The notes under the pieces are model-generated. The model worked only from the letters and a program-made list of their open reading frames with translations. It made no database searches and was not told where the DNA came from. The position numbers were made by a program, and so were the translations under genes. A stretch of DNA of 64,000 nt from Eledone cirrhosa (taxonomy: Eukaryota): contig OZ024741.1 of assembly GCA_964016885.1 (NCBI GenBank), positions 222,766,001 to 222,830,000 on the forward strand, in the 5' to 3' direction. Positions 38,552 to 52,213 of the stretch are shown here, in pieces. Every line of letters begins with the position of its first letter. Position 1 is the first letter of the stretch.

Positions 38552-39394
38552 TGTAAAAGGTCAACAGAAATAACAACACAATTGGTACAGTATATGGAAG
38601 GAATATATTAGTTTAACGCTTGAAGTAGCAGGAAGAGGGTCTTAACGTTTCGGACGCTAGTCCTTCATCAGCAGAAAGAATGAGAAATTAGAAAAAGTTG
38701 AAGGGACGGATAGTGGCAGTATCGGTAGAGGGTTGGACGCCATGCTTTCCAGCATAGTTACGTCCCTTTACGATCTGAGTTCAAATCCCGCCGAGATTGA
38801 CTTTGCCTTTCATCCTTACGGGGTCGATAAAATAAAGTACCAGTAATGCACTGGGTAATTGCTGGCCTTGTGCCTAAAGTAGAAACAATTATTTATTTAT
38901 TTATGTTTATAGGGCGGTGGATTGGCAGTATCAGTAGAGGGTCGGACGCCATGCTTTCCAGTATAGAGTTACGTCTCTTTACGGACCGAGTTCAAATCCC
39001 ACCAGGGTCAACTTTGCCTTTCATCCTTACGGGGTCGATAAAATAAAGTACCAGTAATGTACTGGGTAATTGATGGCCTTGTGCCAAAAGTAGAAACAAT
39101 TATTTATTTATGTTTATACACAGAACAAAAATCTCTACTTAAGATTTCACGGTGCATTTATTACATACATTCATACGTACATGCATGCAGACACACACAT
39201 ACACACACACGCACACACACACGCACATACACACTGCCCGTCCCTTCAATCTTTCTAATTTCTTATTCTTTCTTCTGATGAAGGACTTGCGTCCGAAATG
39301 TTAAGACATTTTTCCTGCTATTTGGAGCGTTAAACTAATATATACCTTCCATATACTGTACCGTTTGTGTTGTTATTTCTGTTTACCTTTTACA
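38552..39394. mobile_element. Inverted-arm element (38552-38709 / 39238-39394) with minimal hammerheads; two SINEs (38714-38890, 38911-39101) lie inside
   Basis: CTGATGAA-ggac...gtcc-GAAA at 38648-38671 (-) and 39275-39298 (+); a decayed solo arm at about 10590-10710. Confidence 0.7.
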
Positions 39395-40167
39395 TATATA
39401 TATATATATGTGTATGTGTGTGTGTGAGTGTATGTGGGGGGGGGGGGGGTATGTGTGTTTGCATGTGTGTGTCTGTGTGTCTGCGTGTGTGAGTGAGTGT
39501 GAGTGAGTGAGTGTGTGTGTGTGTGTGTTACATTTGGGAGCATCGTTTAATAATAGGCAAAAAGACTCGGTTAAGTGCTTACGAAGTTACTAGTGATCCT
39601 CATGCGATATCTGATAAGGTGACAATGGTAGCTTTTAGCAATAAACAGATTATACAATGCTTCTTTAATGAAGACACTGACAAGTTCAGTTTGGTGTGGT
39701 GAGTAAGGCAGTCGATGAGAATATGGAGGGTACGTGGTTCAAATTCCATTGAGAAACCTACCTTCTTTCTTCGCTAAGTTAATGCAGGTAAGTGTCTTAT
39801 AAAATTTTTGTTGAAATTTTAACTGGTGATGTGTAGCCTTGGGGGGCGGGGGGGATTACGGAGGGAGAGGGGGACAGGGATACAAATATGTTAACCTATT
39901 GATAAAAATTGAAATATATAGTATATTTCAGTTAAGGCAGATACTGTGGAAAAAACTATTCTGAATTGATAGTGAGCGATATAGAGAGAAAGAGAAAAAA
40001 GAGAAAAAGGCAGATAAGAGAAAGAAAGAGAGATGTAAATGAATCACCTCAAACGAGTAAATCGAGAAGTAAAGGGCAGATAAGTGTGGTATTTATTGCA
40101 ACGAAATAATATTCAATATACATCAGTGATGGCATCTTGAAAGACTGATAAGTATTGCATATATATC

Positions 40168-40202
<35 letters not shown>

Positions 40203-40368
40203 ATGTGTGTGTGTGTGTGTGTAACAGATCCTGTAACAGATACAGAAATAGAAGGTGGAGTAGATACAGTGGTAGTGGGTGGGTGATAAAGGTGAACCAT
40301 AATATGGAATTATCTGTGTTTGTGTGTATATGTGTATGTGTATATGTGTATATCAGTGTATATCAGTG

Positions 40369-40403
<35 letters not shown>

Positions 40404-40442
40404 ATGTATGTGTGTATATGTGTATATCAGTGTATATCAGTG

Positions 40443-40479
<37 letters not shown>

Positions 40480-40569
40480 ATATGTGTATGTGTATATGTG
40501 TATATCAGTGTATATCAGTGTATATATATATATATATATGTGTGTGTGCGTGTGTGTGTGTGTGTGTGT

Positions 40570-40831
40570 GTACCTATTGTATATTTAACAATATTTAAAA
40601 ACATTTTGAAAGTCGTTTGCTATGAACTTTAAGGTAATGATGAACATCACATACCTAGCTTCAGTAAAGGCGGAGGGATATGTACGATAACCACTAAGAA
40701 GTGATTACTACCCTCTGGCTTTGCTGGAGCTAGATATGTGACGTTCGTTATTACCTTAAAATTCATAGCGAATGGCCTTCAAAATGTTTCTAGATAAACA
40801 TACCGTATATTGTTAAATATACAATACGTAC
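40570..40831. repeat. Fold-back element with inverted arms of about 110 bp
   Basis: TATTGTATATTTAACAATAT terminal match; inner arms of about 80 bp differ almost only by transitions. Confidence 0.85.
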
Positions 40832-40999
40832 ATTCATATGCTTATCGCTATTCGGAGCACCAATACACATATATGTGTGTGTGTGTGTGTGTGCGCGTGT
40901 GTGTGTGTGTGCGCGTGTGTGTGTGTGTGTGTCTTCAAGAGTTCAGTACTGTAGGTAAACACAAAAATATATAATAATGGTTTCTTATATAGGTACAAT

Positions 41000-41075
<76 letters not shown>

Positions 41076-41078
<3 letters not shown>

Positions 41079-42208
41079 AAAGTTTTATTTAAAATTGTTG
41101 GGTTACAACGAGTAAATATTTTATAACTGATATAAAGCACTCAACAAGTTTTGGAGTAGATATACGATATTAAACAAATGGAAACTATATTTATAAAACC
41201 ATATTTATTTCATTATACATATTTCAGGGATACCATATTAAAAATATGGCATGCCTTCTTCAGATAAAATACAATATATAAGCAATTTTATAAATAAATT
41301 TGACGTACCAGAAATATTGATCAACTTCCATTTAAAAAGTTGGTTTGGTAGTGAAATGTTTGTAAATATTTAGTGTTAAGCACGTGTATATCTATAGTGT
41401 CAACTAGAACTTGAGATGACCTTCTCTTTTTCTCTTTCTTTCTTTTTCCGGAAAGTACATATATACTTATGTATTTTTGAAGTTTTATCTCAGTTTTTGG
41501 TATATCGACCTAAGAATTTTTAAACTAAACATATGGTCATTATTTTTTACACATTATATATCTATGTCTCATTCATGAATATTGATATTTACATTATAAT
41601 ACCCAATTCATATGAATTGATAATTCAAATTGATAGGACATAACATAAAGTTGTAAATCTGTCATCCTTCTCTCTAGATATAGCTCTTTCTTCTCCTCCC
41701 TCTATACATGATGAAATTTAAGTATCGCTGTTTTCTCTTTATTTATTTTTTATTTCACTCCGTCTCCTTAACACTATAACTAAATAAATAAATAAATAAA
41801 TAAATAATTACAGTACTCCCTCTCTCCTAAATCTCACAATTTGTATGATGAATTATTATTATTCATCTGTTGCCTCAGCTGCCTCTCATTTTTCACCCCC
41901 TCACTATTTCTCTCTCCCATATCTCTCTCTATCTCTCTCTGTTTTTCTTTACATACATTTATTCCTTCTCTCCGTCTTTCTTTCTAACTGTGCTTAACAC
42001 TAAATATTTACAAACATTTCACTACCAAACCAACTTTTTAAATGGAAGTTGATCAATATTTATGGTACGTCAAATTTATTTATAAAACTGCTTATATATT
42101 GTATTTTATCTGAAGAAGGCATGCCATATTTTTAATATGGTATCCCTGAAATAAGTATAATGAAATAAATATGGTTTTATAAATATAGTTTCCATTTGTT
42201 TAATATCG

Positions 42209-42212
<4 letters not shown>
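41076..42212. mobile_element. Penelope-like derivative with inverted arms of about 223 bp (41160-41383 / 41990-42212) and hammerheads at 41205-41271 (-) and 42102-42167 (+)
   Basis: CTGAAGA-aggcatgccatatt/aatatggtatccct-GAAA; (TA)n on both flanks. Confidence 0.75.
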
Positions 42213-42243
<31 letters not shown>

Positions 42244-42274
42244 AATAATAATAATAATAATGATAATAATAATA

Positions 42275-42710
42275 GTGGGATTTTAGGATACAGACGGACA
42301 AAAAACTGGAACACAATAGACCTGACCTGGTGGTTGTGGACAAAGAAAAAAGATCGTGCCTGATTGTGGATGTGGCCTGCCCGTTCGACACGAGAGTGCA
42401 AGAGAAGGAGAGGGAGAAAATTAACCGATATCAGGACCTAAAGTGGGAGGTGAAAAGGATTTGGAACTGCCATGAAGTCAAAGTGATCCCGATTGTCATA
42501 GGCGCACTGGGAACTATCTCCAAAAGTTTCCAGGGATGGTTAAAGAAAATCGGCCCCTTCACGCTTTTTGGAACGCTTCAAAAGGCATGCTTGCTTGGAA
42601 CAGCAAGAACCCTCCGATACGTCCTGAATATCTGAGGCTGTAGGTAGTGGCTTGATATTCAATCCAACGGACTTTCCAGTTAACCAACATCAATGACTGA
42701 GATTCAAGGA
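42275..42710 (+). mobile_element. Dong/R4-clade LINE 3' end (RLE domain) in (TAA)n
   Basis: WDFRIQTDKKLEHNRPDLVVVDK..IVDVACPFD..EKINRYQDL..PIVIGALG..LQKACLLGTAR; (TAA)n on both sides. Confidence 0.92.
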
Positions 42711-42721
42711 ATAACAATAAC

Positions 42722-42789
<68 letters not shown>

Positions 42790-43049
42790 TAATAATAATG
42801 TTTTCTTTATTAACCACAAGGGTTTACATAAAGTAGACATTAAGGACAGTACAGGACAATACAGGAGGGTACAAATGGGCATTTCTGCGTGTAAAAAACA
42901 AAAACAGAGGATGTAACAAAAAAATAACAATGAAAAATTCCCCAATAGGGGGGAGACTTCCGAGGGACATATGTGGAGAAAGCCCAGTAAAAGGCCACAG
43001 TGACCCTGACTACCAGAAAAGGGCCCTCTCCCAGTTTTCCACCTTTAAT

Positions 43050-46000
43050 TTACAGATATATACTCAGAGTAGGCCCATTCACTCGGGCCATTCTTGCTTC
43101 TCTCACCCATCTTTCAACAAAATGCTGGGAAGAGAGCACTTCCCTCTCTACTCTGATTTTCCTTTTCAAATGAAATTTGAAAAAGTCAATCAGGGCATCA
43201 CCGAAGAGGTAAGTGCTCGTCTTCAGCCCTTTCAAACGTGTCCACCATACTATCTCTTTCGCCATGGCCACCAGACAGATAAAAACTGCCTGCCCTTCCC
43301 GGCTAAAGGAGGAGGGCGGGGCAATCCTCACGATGGACTCAGATGATAGCCGGATCCGTCCTACACGCGACAGCAGGTGTTCGACATAAACCCACAAGTC
43401 AGCAATTTTCGGACACTGGACGAGTGCGTGCAGGACGGTTTCGTCGCCCTGCGCGCATCTCGGACATGCCCGGCTGACGGCACCTTCATGCCTGTAGAGT
43501 TTATCCCGAACTGGCAAGGCTCCTCGGTAGCACTGCCAGGCCAGAGATTTCTGGAAGTTGTCCATAGGCCCTGGCCCGAAAGTTCTTCCGAAGAGATTGG
43601 CTAGTTGATTTTCGTCGACGCCTAGAGTTTCCCCAAGTACGTCGTCGCTCTTCCCCTCCACTAATCCTCTATAGAACGCCGAGGTGGAGTTTCCACCGAT
43701 CACATTGCCCGATTGGTCGAGGGCTGTGAGCGCCTGAAGACATTCCAGTCTCCAGGCGCTCCCTCTCGGTCTTCGCTTGACCCAGGACTGCAGCTCCGTC
43801 AAGGAAACGAGCTGGGGAAATACGTGTCTACCAAACGGCGACCACACCTGATCACCGTCGAGGAAGAGGTGGAGATGTCGTAGCCTGAGCGCGTGCCTGC
43901 GCATCATCAGCCACGTCATGCCCAGCCCTCCACGTAGCGGGTGTTGACAACAGATGGACCGCCTGACCATCGGAGCGCGTCCCTTCCACAAAAAGCGAAA
44001 GAGCAAACGCTCCAGCGCAGTCAGGCGGGGCTTAGGACAAGGTAAGACGGTCAGGCGGTAGTAGATGACGGACGCGATATACGCGTTAGCCACCTCCGCT
44101 CGACCTTTCAGGGATAGCTTCCTCTCGGCCCATTTCTGGGTGAGAGAAGCCACCCTGCTCGTCACCTCGTCCCAGTTTTGGTCCGTCTGGAGATCCGGAC
44201 CGAACCAGACCCCGAGCAATTTAACTGGTCCGTCCGTCCAGCGCCCGACGACGCTGTTGGACGGCATGGACCTGCCTCTCCAGGTGCCGAGCTGCAGGCC
44301 TACTGACTTTTCCTGGTTGATCATTCATCATGTAACCGCTTCGTATTCTCTTAGTGTAGTGCCGATCGCCTCGATGTTTTTGGCGTTCGACACCACTACG
44401 GTGACATCGTCCGCATATGCTGACACGGATCTTCCGCATCCTAGTTCGCGCGGGACCCCCCTCAACGTCTCCAGTTTGTGCAGTAATGGCTCGAGAGTCA
44501 ATACGTACAAGAGGGACCAGAGGGGACATCCTTGGCGGACCGAGCGCATGATGTTGAACGGTTCCGAAAGGCGACCGTTCACTCTCACCACAGAGCAGAT
44601 GTCGTTGTGCATGGCAGCGATCCAGCCTCTAAAGACGGGCCCAAAGCCAGCCGCCCTCAGGACTGCCGCTAGGTAACGATGGTCGACCCTATCGAAAGCT
44701 TTCGACTGATCTAAATTGATCAAGGACCCACCCGTGCCAGGTTCCCTAGCTACCCTCTCTACGATGTATCGCATGAGGTGGAGGTTGTCGTGGATGGATC
44801 TGTCGGGAATGGCGCATGTCTACGCCTCTACCACCAGACCACCAACGACAAGCGCCAACCTCTTTGCTAGCACCTTGGCCAAAATCTTGAACTCTGTGTT
44901 TAGCAGAGTTCTGGGCCTAAAATGATCTGTTATCCCCCTTGTTCGGATCCTTTCTCAGCAGCGCCACCGCTCCTCGGCTCACGGAGCTGGGAATTCTCCC
45001 GTTCTGTTGCCAGTTGCAGTAGACGTCCGCCAAGAGGCCTCCGAACAAGTCTGGCATCTGTACGTAAAGTTCATAGGGCAGACCATCCAAACTAGGCGAT
45101 TTACCCCTTGTGCAGCTAGTCATTGCCTCCCGTACTTCAGCGGCTGTTATCGGCTTTTCGCAACACTCCACCTCAGTGGCCGAGAGCCGCGGCAGTCCGT
45201 CGAGGTAGACACTAAAGTCCATCCCTCGATCCTGCCCGCCGCTGCCCCCGAACAACTGAGCGAAGTGTCGCTGAAAAGCTTCACACATTTTCCCGGGATC
45301 GAGTAGCATGCGCCCGTCGTGGTCCACCAAAGACCAGATCGTGGCTTTGTTGCCACGACGCGCCTCCGCCACTCGGGCCCATTGAACGGCTTTCGTCCCC
45401 TCGTGTCTGAGAGCAAGCACCCTAGCTCTGACAACGCAGCCTTCGTGCTTTGCATTGAAGAATTGGTCAAGGGCCAATTTCGCCGCAAGTACGTCGGTCG
45501 CGATGCCTTTGCTAAGCGCCTCGTCTAATTTTCTAACTAATTCTCCCTATGCTCTATTTTTCTCTATTGCTAAAGCCTTACTAAACCTAATGGATTCTAT
45601 TCTAATCGCTCTTTTCAGAGCAAACCACCACTTGTTGTTGACGATGGCCCCCGTCAACGCCTGCTTAACTAGTTCGCTAATCCGGTCTCCGTAGGCCTTG
45701 CGCGCTGGTAAGGACGCGTTTAGCTTCCAGTAGCCGGGTCCTCGTCTATGAAGCCTATCTAAGTCGAGCACACAGATCACGAATTTGTGGTCCGTGTAGC
45801 TGACTATCTTGAATTGTGGACAGCCTATGCTAGACCTATATATTTCTCTACAAAATACTCTATCTAGATATGATCTGGATGACCCTATACGATTTGTCCA
45901 AGACCACATTAGCACATTCGGGAAATCCAATCGGTACCTGTCAGACAGTTCAAAACGCCTGAGCAGGTTGGTGAGGCTCTTGCACCCTCCTCCCCTATCC

Positions 46001-46467
46001 GCTAATCCCACACAGTACCAGCGTGCATCTAAGATCCCGTTCTAGTCGCCCACTAACACTAAAGAGCGGGACGTTCCAAGAAAGGTCTCCAGACGCCGGA
46101 AGAAATCAGGCCGCCCTGCTCCTGTTGGGGCATAGACGGCCACTAGCCTGAAAGCTTGCCCGTCTCCGCTGGTCACGTCTAGCACCACCAACTTACCTTC
46201 TGGGTCCAGGAAGATGGCCCGTATGGAGAGATCCAAACCTCTCCGAAAAAGCACAGCAACTCCTCCCCCCGATCCCGGACGGCTGGGAGATGCGTACACA
46301 TCGTAGCCGCCGAAGATCGGTGCGAAGGCCCGTACTTCGGAGATTCTGGTCTCGCTGATGGCCACTACATCTATGTTTAGTGACCTGAGGTCGTTGAGCA
46401 GGTGGCCCTGCTTCCATGACGACCCCAAGCCACGCGCATTTATGCTGCCTATTCTGAGTGAGGTCAT
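43050..46467 (-). pseudogene. Tx1 ORF2 (APE endonuclease, RT, C-terminal CCHC) with several stops and frameshifts
   Basis: SINARGL..ISETR, VAVYAP, YLDRV, TDHK, WKLN, LDQSKAFDRVDH, VRQGCPL, YADD, GGLG, CPRC..ETVLHALVQC. Confidence 0.93.
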
Positions 46468-46501
46468 GTTGAAATGGAGTGGAAAAGATGGGAAAGACCA
46501 C

Positions 46502-48418
46502 TTACCTTACTTCTCGTAGAGGAAGGATGGTTTGTCCATCCTTTTCACTGCTTGTGGCCTCCTCCGGAAGGATGTCCTCATAAATCCTCCTGGAGAGTGT
46601 TTGTCGGAAATCTCCGATGTCTTTGGGGAATTTTTGTTTTAGTGCCGTGTACGTTTTCTGTGTGATGCGAGTGATTTGTATGTGTGGAGGTGGTGTGAAC
46701 TTTTGGGTTGTTGTGTAGTCTTTTTCTGTGATGCTGGTGTTGTGTTGCATGTAGTGTAATAATTGGTTGTTGTTCAAATTTAATGCTGTGTAGTGTGTGT
46801 CGTTTTGGTTGTTTTGTTTTGTTTGCGTTTGTTGTGGGTTTGTTTCTGTTACGCTTTTTGGTGACTTTTGTGGTGTTGGGGTTAATGATGGTGTTGGTGT
46901 TTGTGGTGATGGGGTTGGTGATGCTGGTGTGGATGGTGGCATATCTGTCCTAACTTTTTTGTTTGATAATTTATTTGTTTCCCTCTGTATTTTGTTTTTG
47001 GAGGGGGAAGGAAGAGAATTTTTTTCTTTTTTGGTTTCTTTTTTTCTTTTTTCCTGATACCGTTTCCCACTCCTCGTCGTCACAATCTGTCTCCAGTTGC
47101 GATAAGCCGGGGAGTGGAAAATCCTCCACAGGCGTTGGTTTTGGTTGTGGCGTGGTGGATGGTGTAGGCGCTGGTGCTGGTTCTGGCGCGTTGGGTGGTG
47201 GTGGTGTTGGTTTTGCTACTGTTGCTGGGGTTGTTGCTGTTACAGTTGCTTCTGTTGTTGCTGCTACAGTTGTTGCTGCCATTTCTGCTGCTGGTGGTGT
47301 TGATGGTTGAGTCACTGGGGTGGGTAAGAGAGGTGGCCTCAACCTTTTAGCCTGAGGGCAGAACGCCCTTAGGTGGGTTCCTTCACCACAAACGACACAC
47401 CTAGGTCTTCTGCCCTCGACGATTACGGTGAGGTGGCTGCCGTCAGTGAGGTCTATTACCTCTGGGATCTCCTCAATGCTTTTATGGTCCGCTTGGATCA
47501 GGAGCTCCATCCAAGATCCGGACCAGTTCTCCTGCTTTTCTTTCGTTATTTCAATTATCTTGGTGTTGGCCTCGATGCCGGCGAGGACGGCAGCCATTAG
47601 CCAGGGAATTTTGATGGCCGGTGGAACGTGCGTCACCCTGATCTTCACAAGTCTCTGGCCACAATAGCTTGGGACGAGTGTGAAGTTGTCAGTTCTTAAT
47701 GGGGCCATGGAGTGTTCTCTGGCCTCCTGTCGTGTTTCAAAGAACACGCTCACGGTTCCATACTTCTGCCCACGTCTGATGTGGGGTTTCTTTGCCCACA
47801 CATGTCCCAAAGCTTTTTGGATTTGGGACTCGGATGCCCGTTCCACTCAGCGCGATTTTATGTTAATTGTCCGATAAGACACGGTGCATAGGCGACATTG
47901 CTCCATTTTATTAGGTGGGGGGTGAGGCTGACCCTGTACCCATCTTTCTTTACCATTCCTTTGGCTTCTTCTAATTCCTCCTGAGTTACCTGGATCGCTT
48001 CGCACGTTTTTGCTACTCTGGCAAAACTCAGGGTAGTTTTCTTAATTTCATTGTTGCTGTTGTTGTTATCGTTATTTTTGCTATTGTTAGTTTCAGTTGT
48101 GGTGGTGGTGGCGTCAGTGGTGTTCGGTGTGGAAGAGTTCATTTTGGTTGAATTCATTTCGATATCACGAGTTAATTTTTTTTTTCTTTTGTTTCTGTTG
48201 TCGCTGTGGTGGTGGTGGGGTGATGGTGGGGTGGTGGTGGTGGCGGCTTTAACACCTGCAGTCTTTAGTAATGGCGGAAAATGAACGTCTGCCTGAGACA
48301 AATTTAAAATATTGCTACTGCTTACATTTCCAGTGTTGGCAAACGTAGCAATATTTACAATGGTGGTGTCGGTGTGAGGTGTTAGATTGTGAGGAAGGAG
48401 TGACTCTGAGACATCCAT
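46502..48418 (-). pseudogene. Tx1 ORF1 (gag-like with zinc knuckle), frameshifted
   Basis: EGRRPRCVVCGEGTHLRAFCP is a CX2CX4HX4C knuckle; upstream of ORF2; homologous to 57706-58554. Confidence 0.85.
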
Positions 48419-48664
48419 GATTTTTCAAAGAAAAATTTTTGTTTGATAATTATAAAAAGTTTAAATTTTGGGCTCAAGGCCCCAATATTTTTGAGTGTCC
48501 TTTTCAGAAATCAATGTATGTGCACTTATATACAGTTAACAATAACAAATTTCCATAAATGGCAATTTTAAACAACTGAAAATAACAAACCTTTGCGGAG
48601 CTCACGATGATACGATTTACTACGTAGGTCGCCAATAATAATAATAATAATAATAATAATAGTA

Positions 48665-49820
48665 ATTTCTCTGTTAGCTACATTTGATTGGATGGCAAAC
48701 AGGACCGAAACAGGCATAAGAAACAAAATACGGGAAGAGACCACTTTTTTTTTCTACCCTCGCTTTTCTTTCCAAGTCTAGGAAAAAGTAATTCAGGATT
48801 TGGCCAAAGAGGAATATGTCTGTCATCAGTTCTTTCGATTTTATTCAACATACAACATCTTTCGCCATATCACCAAACAGATGAGAACTGCTGACCCTTC
48901 CCGGCACAAAAAAGACGGTAGGGCGAACTTCCCAACGAACTCTTAAAGCCAGATCTGATGCATGCGGGACAACAGCTGCTAAACAAATTTCCACAAGCAA
49001 TGCAAGCATCTTGCACAATACCGATTGACGGCATTTCCATGCCTGTATAGTTCGTAGGTAGTACTACCAGGTCAGAGAATTCTGAAAATTATCCATGGGT
49101 TTCGGACAAAAATCCTCCAGAACAGACCAGCCAGTTGCTGATTCTCATTGAGCATCGTCGCACTTCCCCACTACTATTTCTTTAGAGTATACCAACGTGG
49201 CACTTCCATTAACTACCTTGGCTGACTGTAGAAAGATGTAAACGTTTGATAATATTAGAGACGCCAACCACCTTCGCTTTACTCAGGACTTCAGCTCTGT
49301 TAAAGAGACGAGACGTGGAAAGGCTTGCCTTTGCCTTATAAAAGAAGATGACTTGCACTCACCGTCTAGGAATCTCTGTGCATGCTGCTGCCTCAGCGAC
49401 GTCATCAGCCATGCCATACCCAGTCATTCATACAGATGATGTTGACTGTTGGTGAACCGCCTGGTCAGTGGAATGTGTTATCTCCATAAGAGAAAGAGCA
49501 GACGCTCCAATCAGGTCAGACGAGAGCTAGGTCAAGGCACAAAGACTCAGAGGATAATAAATTATGGAGGTGATGTATATGTCTGCCACATCCGCCTGAG
49601 CTTTCAGTCTGCTTTGGGGTCAGACAGGTCACTCTGCCCGTCACCTTGTCCCTGAATCCAAGCAATAATTTAACCGGTTCATATGTCCAACGTCCTACAA
49701 CACTGCTGGTCGGTATGGAGCGACTTCTCAAGATGTTGAATTGTGAGCCGACCCATTTGTCCTAGTTAGTTTGAGCTTCTGTCACTACCTTATATTGGTT
49801 TAGAATGGTATCGATCATCT
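48665..49820 (-). mobile_element. Old, heavily decayed Tx1 ORF2 3' fragment
   Basis: SSVVGRWTYEPVKLL motif and other patches similar to 43050-44350. Confidence 0.7.
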
Positions 49821-49824
49821 AAAC

Positions 49825-50100
49825 CAGGGGTGTGCAACACATTCCACTGGTAGGCCACTTTTGAACATTGGAACAACTATTAGGGCCATTGATATTTATT
49901 GAGCACTATTGCAAAGATTCACCACAACTTCTTTCCATAACATGGAACTGGGAAATTATAACACATAACCCGATCAGTGAAGCCCTTTAGTAAAGGTCAA
50001 CTTACAAAATATTGTATTACGGTTACGAAAATATTCTAAATAAGCCTACAAGGTAAAAATTAAAAACGGTCATCGCAAGCCACTCTGTTGAACGCCCCTG
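49825..50100. mobile_element. hAT (Charlie-like) MITE
   Basis: TIRs CAGGGGTGTGCAACA / TGTTGAACGCCCCTG; TSD ATCTAAAC / ATCTACAT. Confidence 0.8.
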
Positions 50101-50436
50101 ATCTACATCCTGAAAAGATGAAAAGCAAAGTTGATGTCGGTTGGATTCGAAACCAGAACGCAGAGAGTTGAAACAAACAGCGTAGGCGATTCTGTCCTAG
50201 ACGATAACGACTTTATTTGAAAGCATTTATTTATTTCCTTTTATATTTATCTAGTTATATAAGTTTATATCATTGAACATTGATTAATTGTCTGCTTTGT
50301 TAATAAAATTACAATTTTTCGTACCATTAACCTTGTCTTTAGAGATGAACATTTAAAAAATATTTATATCTACACTACATTTCAAACTTTGTAACTCCTA
50401 TCGTCATCGAGTGTCTTAGTCTTCCTAGATGTATAC

Positions 50437-50553
50437 ATAGTGTAGTATCTGATAGTGTAGTACCTCATAGTGTAGTACCTGGTAATGTAGTATCTGATAG
50501 TGTAGTACCTCATAGTGTATCTGATAGTACAGTACCTCATAGTGTAGTATCTA
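50437..50553. repeat. 15-bp minisatellite (ATAGTGTAGTAYCTS), about 8 copies
   Basis: Direct inspection. Confidence 0.9.
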
Positions 50554-50699
50554 AGTAGGAACATTTATTTCTAAATTAAAGGTCACATCATCATCATTGG
50601 CATCTTACGATGTCCAAAATTTGATTCCATTGAATTTATCGTATGCGTTCTAAGATGATCACTGCATAATCCTATTTTTAACATAGTGGAACGCTGACG

Positions 50700-50985
50700 A
50701 GAACTTGTTAATTTGGGGATGAGCTGGATCCAAGAAATTTGTTTTCGTTCTGCTTCCTTCCATCAACGTCTCCTGTCAATCTCATTTTTACTGTGACGTT
50801 CCAAGAATTTATGTCCTTCGTGGCATTTTCCTCTCGGGGCCGGACGGCCAGATGCATCGACAGTGAACATGGAACATCAATATATTTGCTTTGGTTGATC
50901 CTTGTACTGTCGCCTCGGATCTCCTTTTAGGTGATTTCTCCGAACATGAGTATCTGTGACAGTCGATGTTCAGCGGAATTGATAA
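50700..50985 (-). mobile_element. Very degenerate RTE C-terminal remnant
   Basis: HRLSQILMFGEI...RRQYKDQ resembles the RTE RLPKxxxxGEL...RYKD motif. Confidence 0.4.
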
Positions 50986-51128
50986 GAACGTTCCTACCCT
51001 TAATTTGAACACTTAAATGTTGCTCTTTTGTTCAAAGTAAGGATCTACTATTATATACGTCCTTCCATAAATACTACACATGATGATGACCAGAAATCAA
51101 ACTGATCGACAGAAAGTGTCAATACAAA

Positions 51129-51445
51129 TAATTGTTTCTACTTTTGGCACAAGGCCAGTAATTACCCCAGTACATTACTCGTGCTTTATTTTATCGACCC
51201 CGTAACACAAGGTCGGCAATTTAGGGGAAAAGAAAGTCGATTATATCGACCCAGTACTTTATTTTATAGACCTCGGAAGGAAGAAAGGCAAAGTTGTCAT
51301 CGGCAGTATTTGAACTCAGAATGTAAGAGCCGAAACAAATGCTGCTAAGCATATTTCCAACGCTTTAACGACCCTGCCAATTCATCGCCTTAGCCAATGA
51401 AAATAATAATTTCTGATTTAGGCGCAAGGCCAATTTCGGGGATAG
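51129..51445 (-). mobile_element. Stack of SINE fragments
   Basis: A young 3' end at 51129-51204, followed by older copies with GTATTTGAACTCAG. Confidence 0.75.
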
Positions 51446-51737
51446 TTATAATTATTTAGTCTGGTCGAGACTAATCGATAAAACACTTAATTTTCAATGC
51501 ATTTCTGTAGTAAATTCATTTGAAAGGCTTTCCTATAGTAGAATCAGGAATCCTTTTACATGGAACAGGCACTTCACTACAATATTTGTAATTCTAAGTG
51601 AGGATTGTCTGTCCAAAGTGAGAATAACGATTTCAATATAGGCATATGTCAGAAAAAATGTGAATAACGATTTTAAAAAGAGTGCAAATAGTGGGCCATA
51701 TCACTTCAATATGAGAATAGCGATTCCATAGTAAGTG

Positions 51738-51942
51738 TGTAGCGAAATCTGTTCACACTTTGACCCCTGGGTGACAGTTAACGGTCAAATTCTGGCTTAC
51801 CTCCTTTTTGGCGTAAACAAGTCTATGTGTGGGCGATCCCTCGAGGCAGGGGACAGAGGAAGCTGGAGATATAAATAGCCTGTATCAGACCAAGCAAAGG
51901 CAATTCGGAGCCCTTGGGATCTACAGACTTATACAGACCCTT

Positions 51943-52017
<75 letters not shown>

Positions 52018-52213
52018 TCCCTCTCTCTCTCTCTCTTGGTCTTACAGACTCTCACCTTCTCTGGCCACAGACTATTTCACCACAACAGCAAAAACATCGT
52101 CTACCTTTATAACTTGTAGTAACTTATACATTGTTCATTTATTAAGTGAAGTGAAGTAAATTTTTGTATCAAGACGAAACCATCTATTTTGTGTTATTTC
52201 CCCTCTAACAACA
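51738..52213 (+). mobile_element. Possible solo LTR
   Basis: TGT...ACA ends, TATAAATA at about 51870, AGTAAA near the 3' end; no TSD found. Confidence 0.35.

Larger units (their letters stand above)
42800..48633 (-). mobile_element. Full-length (about 5.8 kb) disrupted Tx1/L1-clade non-LTR retrotransposon
   Basis: 5' UTR, ORF1, ORF2 and 3' UTR with AATAAA; both ends abut (TAA)n. Confidence 0.93.
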
